Source: an uncultured Bacteroidota bacterium (GTDB lineage: Bacteria; Bacteroidota; Bacteroidia; NS11-12g; UBA955). Taken from it: a DNA stretch of 64,000 bases. Location of the stretch: the NCBI GenBank assembly GCA_937867025.1, contig CALMKH010000048.1, forward strand, positions 9,701-73,700, read 5' to 3'. The notes under the pieces were generated by a model that saw nothing but the letters and a program-made list of their open reading frames with translations, did not search any database and was not told where the DNA came from. This document shows, in pieces, positions 63,378 through 64,000 of the stretch. The first letter of the stretch is position 1, and each line of letters begins with the position of its first letter. Position numbers and translations under genes: made by a program.

Positions 63378-64000
63378 TTGAGATATCAAAGGACTAACAC
63401 TAGCAAAACACTATTCTCCGGTTTGATTGCTGCTATCCTGATAACGGGTTGCGGCAATCCATCCCGGAAATTTACAGGACCGGTCAAAAGTTTTCATGAG
63501 ATAAAATATTCACAGCTGTTCGGGATAGCGCATTTCGAAGCCTACGACCAGTTGTTCTATCTAGATGGCGGGGATACACTATGGAGCCTTAAAAGCACTG
63601 AACTTCCGAAAGGGATGCCGCGTGTAGCCGTAACATCTTCAGTGTTTGCCGGATTTATCGAGGCACTTGGTCTGCAGGAAAGCATTGTTGGGGTTGATAA
63701 TGACAAATATTTTAATGATCCGGTGATGCTTGAGCGGATTGGCAAAGGCCAGGTTGGCATAATAGGAGAGGAGGGACAAATGCAGACCGAAAAGTTGGTA
63801 ACTCTTCGGCCTGACGTACTTATCGCCAGTTCGCACGGATTTAACAATACGACCTTGAAAAATCGCCTGAAACAAGTGAACGTCCATGTGTTGATGTGTG
63901 ATAATTTTAAGGAACAACATCCGCTGGCCAGGGCCGAATGGATCAAGGTTTTTGGCTTTATATACGGACGCCCGGTTCAGGCCGACAGCCTGTTTTCTAT
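63378..64000 (+). CDS. Periplasmic-binding-protein (BtuF/FecB-like) lipoprotein of an ABC importer; truncated by the window end
   Basis: Not in the ORF track because it runs off the edge. Hand translation from TTG at 63378: (M)RYQRTNTSKTLFSGLIAAILITGCGNPS...PRVAVTSSVFAGFIEALGLQESIVGVDNDKYF...LRPDVLIASSHGF...ARAEWIKVFGFIYG. This is the typical class-III PBP (cobalamin/siderophore binding) pattern. Confidence 0.7.
   Translation, partial: MRYQRTNTSKTLFSGLIAAILITGCGNPSRKFTGPVKSFHEIKYSQLFGIAHFEAYDQLFYLDGGDTLWSLKSTELPKGMPRVAVTSSVFAGFIEALGLQESIVGVDNDKYFNDPVMLERIGKGQVGIIGEEGQMQTEKLVTLRPDVLIASSHGFNNTTLKNRLKQVNVHVLMCDNFKEQHPLARAEWIKVFGFIYGRPVQADSLFS

Noticed and set aside
1-64000. Scan for CRISPR arrays, tRNA/rRNA genes, transposases/integrases, phage genes, toxin-antitoxin pairs or defence-island hallmarks
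   Set aside because: No intergenic gap exceeds about 300 bp. No direct-repeat/spacer periodicity, no cloverleaf-like conserved tRNA boxes and no recombinase or nuclease-ATPase gene pairs were seen. The only nucleotide-level repeats are intragenic (PKD modules, kinase heptads).

Overview
Dense chromosomal segment from a gliding, type IX secretion (T9SS) Bacteroidota genome. The taxon is inferred from gldA/gldF/gldG, gldB, T9SS type-A and type-B C-terminal sorting domains, and TAnnTTTG -7 promoter boxes. I support about 50 protein-coding genes and one cobalamin riboswitch. Reading by eye, I found no rRNA, tRNA, CRISPR array, transposase or integrase. Housekeeping genes: kdsA (partial), folD-queE, nnr, prfC, etfBA, nadE, aspC, dnaX and alkB. 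Between them sit three very large T9SS cargo proteins (638, about 1300 and 2292 aa), two sensory loci, a heptahaem cytochrome operon and a B12 uptake locus that runs off the right edge. The sensory loci are an HK / RR / RR-PAS-HK cluster and a CheB-CheR-PAS-HK with a divergent RR. The strongest second-look item is dnaX. It is broken exactly at an A10 homopolymer. The zero frame stops 4 codons later, while the -1 frame stays open for about 205 codons into a tau-like tail. This is either recoding (transcriptional or ribosomal slippage, with polarity inverted relative to E. coli) or a homopolymer assembly error. Other candidates for uncharacterised systems: (a) a tight operon of T9SS cargo, rhodanese and heptahaem-cytochrome/TPR; (b) a secreted protein, GT-C-like membrane protein and WG-repeat protein cluster; (c) a lipoprotein, paralogous lipoprotein and S8 peptidase operon; (d) the CheB-CheR kinase with its own Glu-rich heptad array. 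I cannot show that any of these is undescribed. All functional calls rest on motif recognition in the translations; no searches were run.
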